This document shows, piece after piece, positions 14,637 through 23,403 of a stretch of 32,000 nt of DNA. A program made the translations under genes and the position numbers. Each line of letters begins with the position of its first letter. Positions within the stretch are counted from its first letter, which is position 1. The stretch lies in NCBI GenBank assembly GCA_002952755.1, contig CP025011.1, forward strand, positions 960,001-992,000. Direction: 5' to 3'. The notes under the pieces are model-generated. The model did not search any database and was not told the DNA's origin. It saw only the letters and a program-made list of their open reading frames with translations. Origin of the DNA: Candidatus Saccharimonadota bacterium (GTDB taxonomy: Bacteria; Patescibacteriota; Saccharimonadia; Saccharimonadales; UBA4665).

Positions 14637-15452
14637 ATGAAGCTGTGTGAATATTTTCCGGAGATCCCGGTACCGGATGCATGGCCGGACGAATACATAA
14701 GTTCGAACGGAATGTTAATTGAAGCAGCGCCGAGTGACGCACTCCTGCAAGTTTGGCACCCTAACGGCGACCATCCGGGGCTGTACCTATCGACGGGATT
14801 CAACTGTGGGCCACGATATCAAGATACAATTGCCATAGAAAAACTTGCCAGGACTGGTCTTGCTCCGGCGCTCGGTTTTCTTGGCATCGAGGCCACCGTT
14901 CATCAATTAGAGTCTGGTACGCATGTGGCGGCACTGACCCATCCAGCATCGGCTCCGTTCTGCGAACGATTCAACCAATTAGTTGCAGCCGAGAGTAATC
15001 CGGATAGTCCGCCACTCACCGCCGAGTTGCACTTGGGACCCGGCGGCGAGTTTAGTGCCGAGAAGTCTACTGAGAGCATCAGCCAAGGAAGAATACTCGT
15101 AGCGAACGCCCCGAAAATGAGCGGACATGATATTGCTCATGCAGTTGCAGCATACTGCCTTATTGGCTTACCACTCAATGTCCTACAATCGCGTGCCCAA
15201 GTTGCTCGCAGCCAGGGAGATCGCCAAACGATCGTAACTTTCGCTCGCATCTTCGAGGCTGCCTCTAGTGTAGTTGGCTTGGAAGATATTATTGAAATCA
15301 ATACCTGGAACGGGGCTGATCGTGCAATCCAGTACCAAGACGCATTAGGATGGAATCGGCTACCCGAAAATAGTCCGGACATCTCTAGCAGTATCATTTC
15401 GCGCATACACACCACGGAACAGAGGCTACAACAAGCAGGTATACACCCATAA
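14637..15452 (+). CDS. Hypothetical protein (271 aa), no family recognised
   Basis: Long ORF with leaderless-type promoter geometry. Its stop abuts the convergent stop at 15453 (TAATTA). Confidence 0.55.
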   Translation: MKLCEYFPEIPVPDAWPDEYISSNGMLIEAAPSDALLQVWHPNGDHPGLYLSTGFNCGPRYQDTIAIEKLARTGLAPALGFLGIEATVHQLESGTHVAALTHPASAPFCERFNQLVAAESNPDSPPLTAELHLGPGGEFSAEKSTESISQGRILVANAPKMSGHDIAHAVAAYCLIGLPLNVLQSRAQVARSQGDRQTIVTFARIFEAASSVVGLEDIIEINTWNGADRAIQYQDALGWNRLPENSPDISSSIISRIHTTEQRLQQAGIHP

Positions 15453-16046
15453 TTAGTGGACGCTTCGGCCGAAAAGGCCGAGTAGTTTTACCTCGCTGGA
15501 TGCATCTGAAGGCACTGGAATTTCAGGGCCAATGAGTCCGTGAGCGCGCTGGGCGTCCATCTTGCCTTGGTTGAGGAGGTAGAGTGCTTTGGCAAAATCA
15601 TCGTCGATATGGAAATCGAAGCCGATCGATCGGGCAACATCCCAGGTATGTATGACAATCATAGCGGTGAGGTCTTCAAGATAGCTGTTCGCAGGGACGT
15701 TACCATAGGGCAAATGCACAACCAAATGCATAGAAGTAGTTTCGACGCTTTTGCGGGCAGTTACTGCATATTTGTGCCAAGCAGCCTTAGGGTCGCCCGC
15801 CACCAAGTCGCCGCTAAATGCGTCGCCCACCTGAGCCGTCGTTTTACCTGCGAGCAGTTCTGGAATCCAAGCCAGTTCACTTAAGACGTGGTTAAGCAGT
15901 GTGTGCAGGTCCCAGTCCTGACACGGCGTGGCATTATGCAATTGCTCTACTTGTACAGCTGCGAATACCGGCTCGGCCGCATCAAGCGCTACAATGAATG
16001 GCGATTTTATCACTGTTTTAACCCTGCTACTGTTTATACGGTACAT
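15453..16046 (-). CDS. TIGR03086 / mycothiol-maleylpyruvate-isomerase N-terminal (DinB-like) family metal-binding protein
   Basis: Hallmark NATPCQDWDLHTLLNHV and C-terminal LLGLFGR. The track ORF begins at a TTG (16067). ATG at 16046 with GAAGG upstream is preferred, but the start is uncertain. Confidence 0.7.
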   Translation of the reverse strand: MYRINSSRVKTVIKSPFIVALDAAEPVFAAVQVEQLHNATPCQDWDLHTLLNHVLSELAWIPELLAGKTTAQVGDAFSGDLVAGDPKAAWHKYAVTARKSVETTSMHLVVHLPYGNVPANSYLEDLTAMIVIHTWDVARSIGFDFHIDDDFAKALYLLNQGKMDAQRAHGLIGPEIPVPSDASSEVKLLGLFGRSVH

Positions 16047-16212
16047 GACCTTCAGGCAGTTTTGCAAGGCTTAGAACTCTAAACTCCCGATTCGAAATAA
16101 CTGGATAGCGGTTACAAAAATAGAACAGGCAGCAAAGCGATGGGGGAGTAGCTACCAGGATGGACTACTAGATGCGGGATTCTAGGCCGGACTTAGGACT
16201 ACGGGCAGGCGA

Positions 16213-16461
16213 CTAGCCAAGACGTATGGCGTGCTCGTCTTCGTCCTGATCCTTATCTTCCTGCCAACCGGCTGCGCTATCGGCGCCATTGTGATACTCG
16301 TCGTCGCCGTCCATGTCGGTATCGCGCGAGGGGTGCAAATCATTTTGCCCGCCACTTTGTTTAACGTCGTCTGGCTCGGAAAAAGGGGGTTGACCGTCCT
16401 GGCCATGAGCGATCTTTTCGCTTTTGTCTTCGTCGTTCAGTTTATTATCGTCCGGATTCAT
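16213..16461 (-). CDS. Small, highly acidic, low-complexity protein (82 aa)
   Basis: MNPDDNKLNDEDKSEK...DEDEHAIRLG. AGGAG SD 6 nt upstream of ATG 16461. Lies 64 nt downstream of the preceding minus-strand gene. Confidence 0.45.
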   Translation of the reverse strand: MNPDDNKLNDEDKSEKIAHGQDGQPPFSEPDDVKQSGGQNDLHPSRDTDMDGDDEYHNGADSAAGWQEDKDQDEDEHAIRLG

Positions 16462-16525
16462 GGCACTCTCCTTACGTTTTACATTCGCAGTATACATTTT
16501 TACCGAGACCATGCTGTTATTTTTC

Positions 16526-17497
16526 TTATTGATAGGAGATGTACCAGGGTCGGGGTTGCAGGCGCATGGTATTAGCTATATCCAGCATAGGGCTGTCCTG
16601 CGTATAAAAATTCTTCCACCCGAATACGACATGTGGCGGTGGAGACGCAGTGATGCTATGCCAGGTATCTTGCTTGGCGACTTGCGTACCTTGTCCGTCC
16701 ATCTGGACAATATACGCCAGCTGGGACCAATTTGTGTTGAGCCGTTCGCGGCCCGGCAACATATCCAAACGGAATTGATGCAAAACAAATAATTTCTGGG
16801 GAAGCTTGTGTGTGCTTATCAGATTTGCCAGCCACGTACTCACCCCATTCACCTCGTCTATAGATACTGAGCCGATTTGCTTCAAAGGGACCTGATCCGG
16901 CATTAAACGCCATTCGGGGTCCAGCGCCAGGCCGACGTTCGGCTGTTCGAGCAAGGCCTGATATTCTTTGGCCTGGGTCAAAAAGTCGGTACGCCCCGAC
17001 TGCAAATCGAGCACTACATAGATACCACGTGCGCGGGCCGTCTGCACCCACGGCAAAATCACCGCCGGATCGACTTCTTGCGAGTAATCGCCATTATCTG
17101 TCGGGCTGCCCGAAGCCACCGTGGTAATGATTTCGAAAGACGGATATATCGGCTCTGCCGAATACGGTTGATACTCTTTGGCAATTGCCTGAATGCGATC
17201 AGCAGCAGCTGACAACGGCTGATCGCCCAGCGCACCAAGCGCAGGTGTATCCGGTGAGCCATAGAGCGCCACAAAACGATACACCCCCGATAATTGCCGC
17301 TTGCCGCCGGGAAATACGAATGGCGGCAGTGGTAAAGAAGCGGTCAGGCCAGGCTGCTTGCGGGGCGTAGCCGGAGCTCCCGGCGCACCCGCCCCAGGCG
17401 TTTTATGTATAGCTACAACCAAGCACAGGCCTAGAGCCAAACACCCCAATAGAGTCGTGCGAATACGTAATCTCGTGCCGGATAGGTCTCCCAGCAT
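16526..17497 (-). CDS. Membrane-anchored or secreted protein, possibly a glycoside-hydrolase-like TIM-barrel (function uncertain)
   Basis: 323 aa. N-terminal hydrophobic anchor LLGCLALGLCLVVAI followed by a Pro/Gly/Ala linker. The block GIYVVLDLQSGRTDFL...VGLALDPEWR resembles uncharacterised actinobacterial secreted proteins. GGGGG SD upstream. Confidence 0.55.
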   Translation of the reverse strand: MLGDLSGTRLRIRTTLLGCLALGLCLVVAIHKTPGAGAPGAPATPRKQPGLTASLPLPPFVFPGGKRQLSGVYRFVALYGSPDTPALGALGDQPLSAAADRIQAIAKEYQPYSAEPIYPSFEIITTVASGSPTDNGDYSQEVDPAVILPWVQTARARGIYVVLDLQSGRTDFLTQAKEYQALLEQPNVGLALDPEWRLMPDQVPLKQIGSVSIDEVNGVSTWLANLISTHKLPQKLFVLHQFRLDMLPGRERLNTNWSQLAYIVQMDGQGTQVAKQDTWHSITASPPPHVVFGWKNFYTQDSPMLDIANTMRLQPRPWYISYQ

Positions 17498-17572
17498 TGC
17501 ACCCCCTGACAGCTGTCTCGTAGTACTTTCAGTTTATTATATACAAAACAAACAAGAGATAAAAACGAAAGC

Positions 17573-17604
17573 TTGACAGTATACGGTACAATTTGTGCTA
17601 TACT
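17573..17604 (+). promoter_or_regulatory. Promoter of the RRM gene: TTGACA, 20-nt spacer, extended -10 TGcTATACT
   Basis: TTGACA at 17573-17578 and TGcTATACT at 17596-17604. This leaves a 5' UTR of roughly 125 nt. Confidence 0.5.
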
Positions 17605-17734
17605 ACAAATACTAGAAACAAGCTGCTGCTAAGCAAAAGTTCTAGAAAGTTATGTTAACAACGCTTGAGGAGCAGCTAACTGGAAACGAAATACCAGCTT
17701 ACCTCGGCAAGAAAAAAGAGGATAAGCTAAGACA

Positions 17735-18040
17735 ATGGCTACTAAACTATTTGTTGGCTCACTGAGCTACGGCGTCGACGACGCGCAACTTTCCGATGCC
17801 TTCGCGCAATTCGGTACTGTGGTCTCGGCCAAGGTAATCATCGACCGTGACACTGGTCGCTCAAAGGGCTTCGGCTTTGTAGAGATGAGCTCTGATGAAG
17901 AAGCTCAGGCCGCAGTCAAGGGCATGGACGGCAAAGACCTCGGTGGTCGTACCGTTGCTGTGAGCGAAGCTCGCCCACAAGAAAACCGCGAACGTCGCTC
18001 CTTCGGGGGCGGTAACGACCGCGGTGGTCGTCAGTACTAG
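17735..18040 (+). CDS. RRM-type RNA-binding protein with a Gly/Arg-rich tail
   Basis: RNP-2 motif KLFVGSL and RNP-1 motif KGFGFVEM. C-terminus RRSFGGGNDRGGRQY. 101 aa. Confidence 0.9.
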   Translation: MATKLFVGSLSYGVDDAQLSDAFAQFGTVVSAKVIIDRDTGRSKGFGFVEMSSDEEAQAAVKGMDGKDLGGRTVAVSEARPQENRERRSFGGGNDRGGRQY

Positions 18041-18056
18041 ACCTTCTCTTGTACTT

Positions 18057-18090
18057 TAAAACACCTCTCTTAAAGGGAGGTGTTTTTATA
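18057..18090 (+). terminator. Rho-independent terminator after the RRM gene
   Basis: aaaACACCTCtcttaaaggGAGGTGTttttata. Confidence 0.8.
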
Positions 18091-18172
18091 TCTTTCAGAT
18101 TTCGTTAAGGTAACCTACAGGTGCATAGGCAACAATGACCCTAACGTATAATCGAAAGGACGCAAGGATCCC

Positions 18173-19558
18173 ATGAATGCCTTCAGCCGCGGTATTCGCA
18201 ATGCATTTCGCAATACCATCCGCACCGTTGCCATTGTAGGCATGCTTAGCCTCAGTATCGGGCTCAGTTTGAGCATGCTGCTGGCGCATCAGGCTATCGG
18301 CCAAAAGATTACTAGTGTACAGAAAAATATCGGCAACACAATTAGTATTGCGCCTGCAGGCATTCGTGGATTCGATGGCGGCGGCACGCCACTCACGAGT
18401 GACGCCATTAAGAAGGTGAAATCGCTGACGCACATAACGAGTATCGACCAATCGGTCAATGATCGCCTAGGTAGCGATACTACTAACATCCAATCCAGCA
18501 TCGATGCCGGCAGCTTTGGAAGGCGCCAATTTCGTAACGAGGGCGGAGGTGGCGGGGACGTTGCGTTCGGCGGCGAGAGCCGACAAGCACCCGATCTGAC
18601 CAACTTTACACTACCCATTCCTGTCACGGGCAGTACCAATCCTTTAGGCAGCGTCAGTGGCAGTAGCGACAGCAGCGTGACGCTCGTGAGCGGTAATGTC
18701 TTTGACGGTAGCAAAGACGCCGACGTTGCTCTTATGGGGAAGGGTATCGCCGACAAGAATAGCCTCAAAACGGGGTCAACCTTCGCCGCCTACGGCACTA
18801 CCATTACCGTAAGCGGTATCTTCGACGGCGGCAACACCTTTAGCAACAACCAGATCATTATGCCGTTGCCGACCATCCAGCGTTTGAGTAGCCAATCTAA
18901 CACCATCACCAGCGCTATCGTCCATATCGACAGTGCCGTCAATCTCGGCAGCACCACAAACGCTATCAAAAATGCACTGGGCAGCACGGCCGATATCACC
19001 AATGACGCCGACACTGCAAAAGCGACCCTCGGCTCACTGCAAAATATTCAGAATGTCTCACTCTTTAGCTTAATTGGGGCCGCGGGTACTGCAGCCGTCA
19101 TCATCTTGCTTACCATGGTGATGATTGTCCGTGAGCGGCGCCGTGAAATCGGCATACTCAAGGCCATCGGCGCCTCTAATGTGCGGGTGATGCTGCAATT
19201 TACTGTGGAATCGATTACGCTTACCGTGCTTGCTGCGGCCATCGGGATTATCATCGGTAGCTTAGCAGCAACGCCGGTGACAAAACTCCTAGCGAACAAT
19301 AGCACGTCGGACACGACGGCATCTCAGACCGCCCCAGTAGGCGAGAGACCGGGTCCGCGACTTATGGGCGGGGGATTCCGGACACACTTTAACAATAATG
19401 GCGCCATTCGTGGCATTAAAAATCTACGTGCCAACGTAGACGCCAGTATCCTCGGCTATGGCTTCGGTAGCGCTATCCTGATTGCGGCCATCGGCAGCAC
19501 TGCCGCTGCCGGCTTGATTGCCAAGGTTCGCCCATCAGAAGTAATGAGGGCTGAATAA
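18173..19558 (+). CDS. ABC transporter permease, FtsX/MacB type with a large extracytoplasmic domain
   Basis: 461 aa. N-terminal TM span, an extracytoplasmic region of about 260 aa, then a C-terminal FtsX-like TM bundle (RERRREIGILKAIGAS). AAGGA SD upstream. Confidence 0.85.
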   Translation: MNAFSRGIRNAFRNTIRTVAIVGMLSLSIGLSLSMLLAHQAIGQKITSVQKNIGNTISIAPAGIRGFDGGGTPLTSDAIKKVKSLTHITSIDQSVNDRLGSDTTNIQSSIDAGSFGRRQFRNEGGGGGDVAFGGESRQAPDLTNFTLPIPVTGSTNPLGSVSGSSDSSVTLVSGNVFDGSKDADVALMGKGIADKNSLKTGSTFAAYGTTITVSGIFDGGNTFSNNQIIMPLPTIQRLSSQSNTITSAIVHIDSAVNLGSTTNAIKNALGSTADITNDADTAKATLGSLQNIQNVSLFSLIGAAGTAAVIILLTMVMIVRERRREIGILKAIGASNVRVMLQFTVESITLTVLAAAIGIIIGSLAATPVTKLLANNSTSDTTASQTAPVGERPGPRLMGGGFRTHFNNNGAIRGIKNLRANVDASILGYGFGSAILIAAIGSTAAAGLIAKVRPSEVMRAE

Positions 19559-20268
19559 TGACTGTAGCGACGAAAGGACAAGCTATGCTCACCGTTACCA
19601 ACCTTACCCGATCATTTGCCAGCGGCGATGGACTGGTAACTGCCCTAAAGGACGTCAGTTTCGAGATACCTGAAGGCAAATTCGCATCGATCGTCGGCCG
19701 CAGTGGCAGCGGCAAATCAACTCTTTTAAGTCTGCTCGGCGGACTGGATAAGCCGACCAGTGGCAACATCATCGTCGACGGCAAGTCGCTCGCGCAGCTC
19801 CGCGATCACGCCCTTATAGCCTACCGATGTAGCACCATTGGCTTCGTCTTTCAGAACTACAACCTCATCCCTAACCTGACCGCCCTAGAAAATGTAATGC
19901 TGCCTATGGAGTTCAACGGCCATGTACCACACGAGCGCGCCGCGCGTTCTAAACAATTACTTGATCAGGTTGGCTTGGATGGCGCCAAACAGCAGCGTAA
20001 ACCCGGCAGATTGAGCGGCGGGGAGCAACAACGCGTGGCGATTGCCCGGGCGCTTGCCAACAAGCCCAAGCTCATTTTGGCCGATGAGCCTACAGGAAAC
20101 CTTGACGAGCAAACTGGCAAAATGATCTTCGATCTTTTGCACAGTCTTAGCCGCTCTGAAAACACCACTATTGTTGCCGTTACCCACGACTTATCTATTG
20201 CTGGCCGCACCGACGTTACCTTCCGACTGAGCGACGGCCAGCTCGTAACCGATAAATCCACGAAGTAG
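19558..20268 (+). CDS. ABC transporter ATP-binding protein (MacB/LolD-type)
   Basis: Walker A GRSGSGKST, signature LSGGEQQRVAIARAL and Walker B LILADEPTGNLD. Its ATG overlaps the permease stop (TAATG). Confidence 0.9.
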   Translation: MTVATKGQAMLTVTNLTRSFASGDGLVTALKDVSFEIPEGKFASIVGRSGSGKSTLLSLLGGLDKPTSGNIIVDGKSLAQLRDHALIAYRCSTIGFVFQNYNLIPNLTALENVMLPMEFNGHVPHERAARSKQLLDQVGLDGAKQQRKPGRLSGGEQQRVAIARALANKPKLILADEPTGNLDEQTGKMIFDLLHSLSRSENTTIVAVTHDLSIAGRTDVTFRLSDGQLVTDKSTK

Positions 20269-20310
20269 ACCTAGGACGCGTTACGTGGCAAGGCGCACCG
20301 GCGCCACCTG

Positions 20311-20895
20311 TCACTCTGAACTTGTATCAGAATAATTTTCTTTAGTATTTTCGCGCTCCGAGTTGGTTTTAGACGAAGGGACTTTTTTGCCCATAAAGTA
20401 ATCCCGCACCTGAAATAAGAAAAAACCACCGACTAGCGCGCCGATGGCCGATCCCACGAACGAACCAATTCCTCCGTTAATGTTCGAAAACAGACGCACG
20501 ATAGCAGCCCCGACTTGCACCAGTGATGCATAAAATAGAAAATCCCAGCCCCCCTTTTTCATTGCCTTAAGCCCTGGTGCCGCCACGAGCAGCAGCACCG
20601 CAACGCCCGCCATAGCGAACACCGACAGATAATAGAACATGCCGAGATGCGCCGGGGCATATACCGGCCCGCCATACTGTGCCGAAATAGTATTGGCATA
20701 ATCTACAAATTTATTGGCGACATGGCCAGCATGCCACAGCCCAAACGTCGCCAATAGTTGCAGCACGCCCACTGCGAGCGCGATCCACCACAATGCGTAG
20801 GCAACTGATTTGCGCGCTTCCTTGGGTAATTTCACCGGAGCATTTTTATCTAAAACCTTAGCTAGTGTGGTCTCTAAACGGGCAAGTGCTGTCAT
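20311..20895 (-). CDS. Hypothetical integral membrane protein (194 aa)
   Basis: Four hydrophobic spans and a polar Ser/Glu/Asn-rich C-terminal tail. TATATA lies 7 nt upstream of the ATG. Confidence 0.6.
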   Translation of the reverse strand: MTALARLETTLAKVLDKNAPVKLPKEARKSVAYALWWIALAVGVLQLLATFGLWHAGHVANKFVDYANTISAQYGGPVYAPAHLGMFYYLSVFAMAGVAVLLLVAAPGLKAMKKGGWDFLFYASLVQVGAAIVRLFSNINGGIGSFVGSAIGALVGGFFLFQVRDYFMGKKVPSSKTNSERENTKENYSDTSSE

Positions 20896-20902
20896 ATGTT
20901 TT

Positions 20903-20908
20903 TATATA
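20903..20908 (-). promoter_or_regulatory. -10-like TATATA, 7 nt upstream of ATG 20895
   Basis: The reverse strand reads ggagTATATAaaaacatATG. Confidence 0.3.
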
Positions 20909-21056
20909 CTCCGTAGATTATTGCTTATTGTTAGCATAAGACCAAGCATGTACGGCACGCAAGGTTGATATATAGGTGTTCAGAAAAACACCGTTATAAT
21001 CCTGACACGCGAGTAACCTTTGCATATGGTAAAGTGCACTTTAATAGGAGTGCTCT

Positions 21057-21689
21057 ATGTCAGAATTCTCGCATGCAACAACCTCACAAATAGCAGATAC
21101 CGATCCCAAGCGCAGGACAAAACGGCTTAAGCCAACCGCCGGAGCGCTTGCAGTAGTCGCCTTACTCGCCGGCTGTGCTACAGATTCTAAATCATCGCAA
21201 CCCGCCCAGCGGACGCAATCGTCTTCAAGTGCAGCGGAAAATCCTGGAGCAGGGAGCGGGAATTCGGCAGCGCAATCCTTCCCAAATACCAATCTGCCTA
21301 GCCCAACTCGTCAGTCTGTCGAAGATAAGCCTACGGACACAAGGGGTGGTTCAATCCTCACACCAACCCCTCAAACATACCCGGAGATTACCGACAACCG
21401 TAATGGCACGCCGATCTTTAGCTCGCCATCGGGCGGAGCACTGCCAGACGGTATTCCCGGCGTTGTACCTTTTAATACGCCTGTTGATGTCGAATGCTGG
21501 GCGCCCAATACCTCTGGTATGACTAGCGTAAATGAATTTTATAAATTCCAATATGGAGGATCTGAAGTGTACGGGTCTGCAAACACCTTCGCTAACGGAG
21601 ATCCCATTGGCGTTCCCGGTGGTAGTCACCCCTATGACCCACAAGTACCCGAATGCACACCGCAACAAATAGCTTCTACGCAGCCCTAA
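21057..21689 (+). CDS. Putative lipoprotein (210 aa)
   Basis: Lipobox ALLAGC after a positively charged N-region, then a Ser/Pro/Gln-rich linker and a C-terminal globular part. AGGAG SD upstream. Confidence 0.6.
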   Translation: MSEFSHATTSQIADTDPKRRTKRLKPTAGALAVVALLAGCATDSKSSQPAQRTQSSSSAAENPGAGSGNSAAQSFPNTNLPSPTRQSVEDKPTDTRGGSILTPTPQTYPEITDNRNGTPIFSSPSGGALPDGIPGVVPFNTPVDVECWAPNTSGMTSVNEFYKFQYGGSEVYGSANTFANGDPIGVPGGSHPYDPQVPECTPQQIASTQP

Positions 21690-23350
21690 AATTGCTGGCG
21701 GATGTGTGAGAAGCTATAATCCCAATCGGCGTCAGATTTTTTGTGTGGGTTGAAGATGTTACCAGGGTCAAAAATCTGTTTAGTTTGGCGGAATAAGTCA
21801 ACTACGGCCTTGCCAAATTGCTGTTCCAACCACGGCCCGCGGATAAGCCCATCATTGTGCTCGCCAGAGAGTGAACCTTTGTAGTGAAGCACCAATTCGT
21901 CAACTTCTTTCATAGCGGGCAATAGCTTGGCGCGCTCTTTTTCTTCCTCGATCTTCATAAGTGGAATGATGTGGAAATTGCCGTCACCCATATGCCCGGC
22001 AATCGTGGCAAATAAGTCGTATTTTTTGACGATTTTACGGAGCTTAGGCAAAAACTCCGTTAGATGCTCTGGGTTAACGACCAAGTCGTCAATGAATGGA
22101 GCGGTGTGTTTATCTTTTACCTTCGAACGCAGCAGGCTGAAACTTTGGCGGCGCATCAGCCAGAACTTTTCGCTTGAGGCCTCAGTCGGATCTTCTTCCT
22201 GGCCGTTAATTTCATAGCGAACGCGATTGGTCTTCAGCTCTTTGTGCAACGCTCTAATCTTTTGGCGCACTTCGTCTTCAGTATCGCCGTTGAATTCAAT
22301 CATCAGAATCAATTTGGGGATACCTCTCAGTAGCAGAAAGCCATCAGGGATCAAGCTAATCAGCAAACGGATAAACTTCTTCACGCCGAGCATCTTCAAG
22401 AAACTGGGCATAAATTTGATCGAAAGGATAAGCGTGGCATCGTCAAAGGATTCGAAGGTAGCCGGCTTGTGCTCGAGCACTTTAGGGATAATCTCACCAA
22501 GGCGGTCGATGTCGTGCAAAAAAACGACGAGCAAACCGGAATGCTGGCGTTTGGGAACAAGCCGGTAGGTAATGTCCGTTACGAACCCAAGCGTGCCCTG
22601 GCTACCGACGATTAACTTGGTGAGATCAAAAATACCTGTTTCGCGGTTCCAAACATACCATAAATTGTAGCCCATGGAATTTTTGCTCACCTTGGGCTCG
22701 GCATTATGTATAACATCGTAGTTCTTTTCGCACAGCTCAAACAGGCGTTTGTAGAGCTGGCCCTCGTAATCTTTTTGCCCCATCTTTTTGATGAGCTCCC
22801 GCTTATTGAGCGGTTTTACTACGTACTCTTTGCCATCTGCAAACACAACTTTCAATTCCGTCACAAAATCTTTGACTTTGCCGTATTCCAAGGACTTTTC
22901 GCCGCCGGAATTGTTGGCCACCATACCACCTACCGTACAAAGGTCACGGCTGGCGGGGTAGGAGGGCATCAAAGCGCCTTTTTTTAGTGTCTCCTTCTCG
23001 AAATCACGGTAGAAAACGCCTGGCTGGGTGCGCGCCTCCGTGGGTGTAACGCTTTCTATTTTCGTAAAATGCTTACTAAAGTCGACAATGATGCCCTCAT
23101 TGACTGCGCCGCCAGACATATCGGTACCGGCGGAACGCGCTGTCAGCGACAGCTCCGGCATCTTTTTTTTATTGGCCGAAACCAGACCCACAAGCGTCTG
23201 CACATCTTTGCTATCTTTAGGCATGACCACTAGTTGCGGCTTAACCTCGAATAATGAGGCGTCGTGACTATAAAACTCACGCGTCTGATCACTATCATCT
23301 AGCTCGCCGCGGAAGCCCGCAGCTGTCAATTTCTGTTTGAATTCATCCAT
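21686..23350 (-). CDS. FAD-linked oxidase (GlcD / D-lactate dehydrogenase-like, FAD_binding_4 plus C-terminal domain)
   Basis: 554 aa. FAD-binding region PQLVVMPKDSKDVQTLV...ARSAGTDMSGGAV and a C-terminal HIGDGNFH-like block GHMGDGNFHIIP. Confidence 0.85.
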   Translation of the reverse strand: MDEFKQKLTAAGFRGELDDSDQTREFYSHDASLFEVKPQLVVMPKDSKDVQTLVGLVSANKKKMPELSLTARSAGTDMSGGAVNEGIIVDFSKHFTKIESVTPTEARTQPGVFYRDFEKETLKKGALMPSYPASRDLCTVGGMVANNSGGEKSLEYGKVKDFVTELKVVFADGKEYVVKPLNKRELIKKMGQKDYEGQLYKRLFELCEKNYDVIHNAEPKVSKNSMGYNLWYVWNRETGIFDLTKLIVGSQGTLGFVTDITYRLVPKRQHSGLLVVFLHDIDRLGEIIPKVLEHKPATFESFDDATLILSIKFMPSFLKMLGVKKFIRLLISLIPDGFLLLRGIPKLILMIEFNGDTEDEVRQKIRALHKELKTNRVRYEINGQEEDPTEASSEKFWLMRRQSFSLLRSKVKDKHTAPFIDDLVVNPEHLTEFLPKLRKIVKKYDLFATIAGHMGDGNFHIIPLMKIEEEKERAKLLPAMKEVDELVLHYKGSLSGEHNDGLIRGPWLEQQFGKAVVDLFRQTKQIFDPGNIFNPHKKSDADWDYSFSHIRQQF

Positions 23351-23403
23351 ATTCTTTAAGCTTAAGCGTATGTGTTGTCGTGCGCAAGTAGGTATGTTCG
23401 CAG

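Noticed and set aside
21686-21689. Overlapping convergent stop codons (CTAA: TAA on the plus strand, TAG on the minus strand) of the lipoprotein and FAD-oxidase genes. Back-to-back stops TAATTA occur at 15450-15455.
   Set aside because: This is a trivial consequence of genome compaction, with no further signal.
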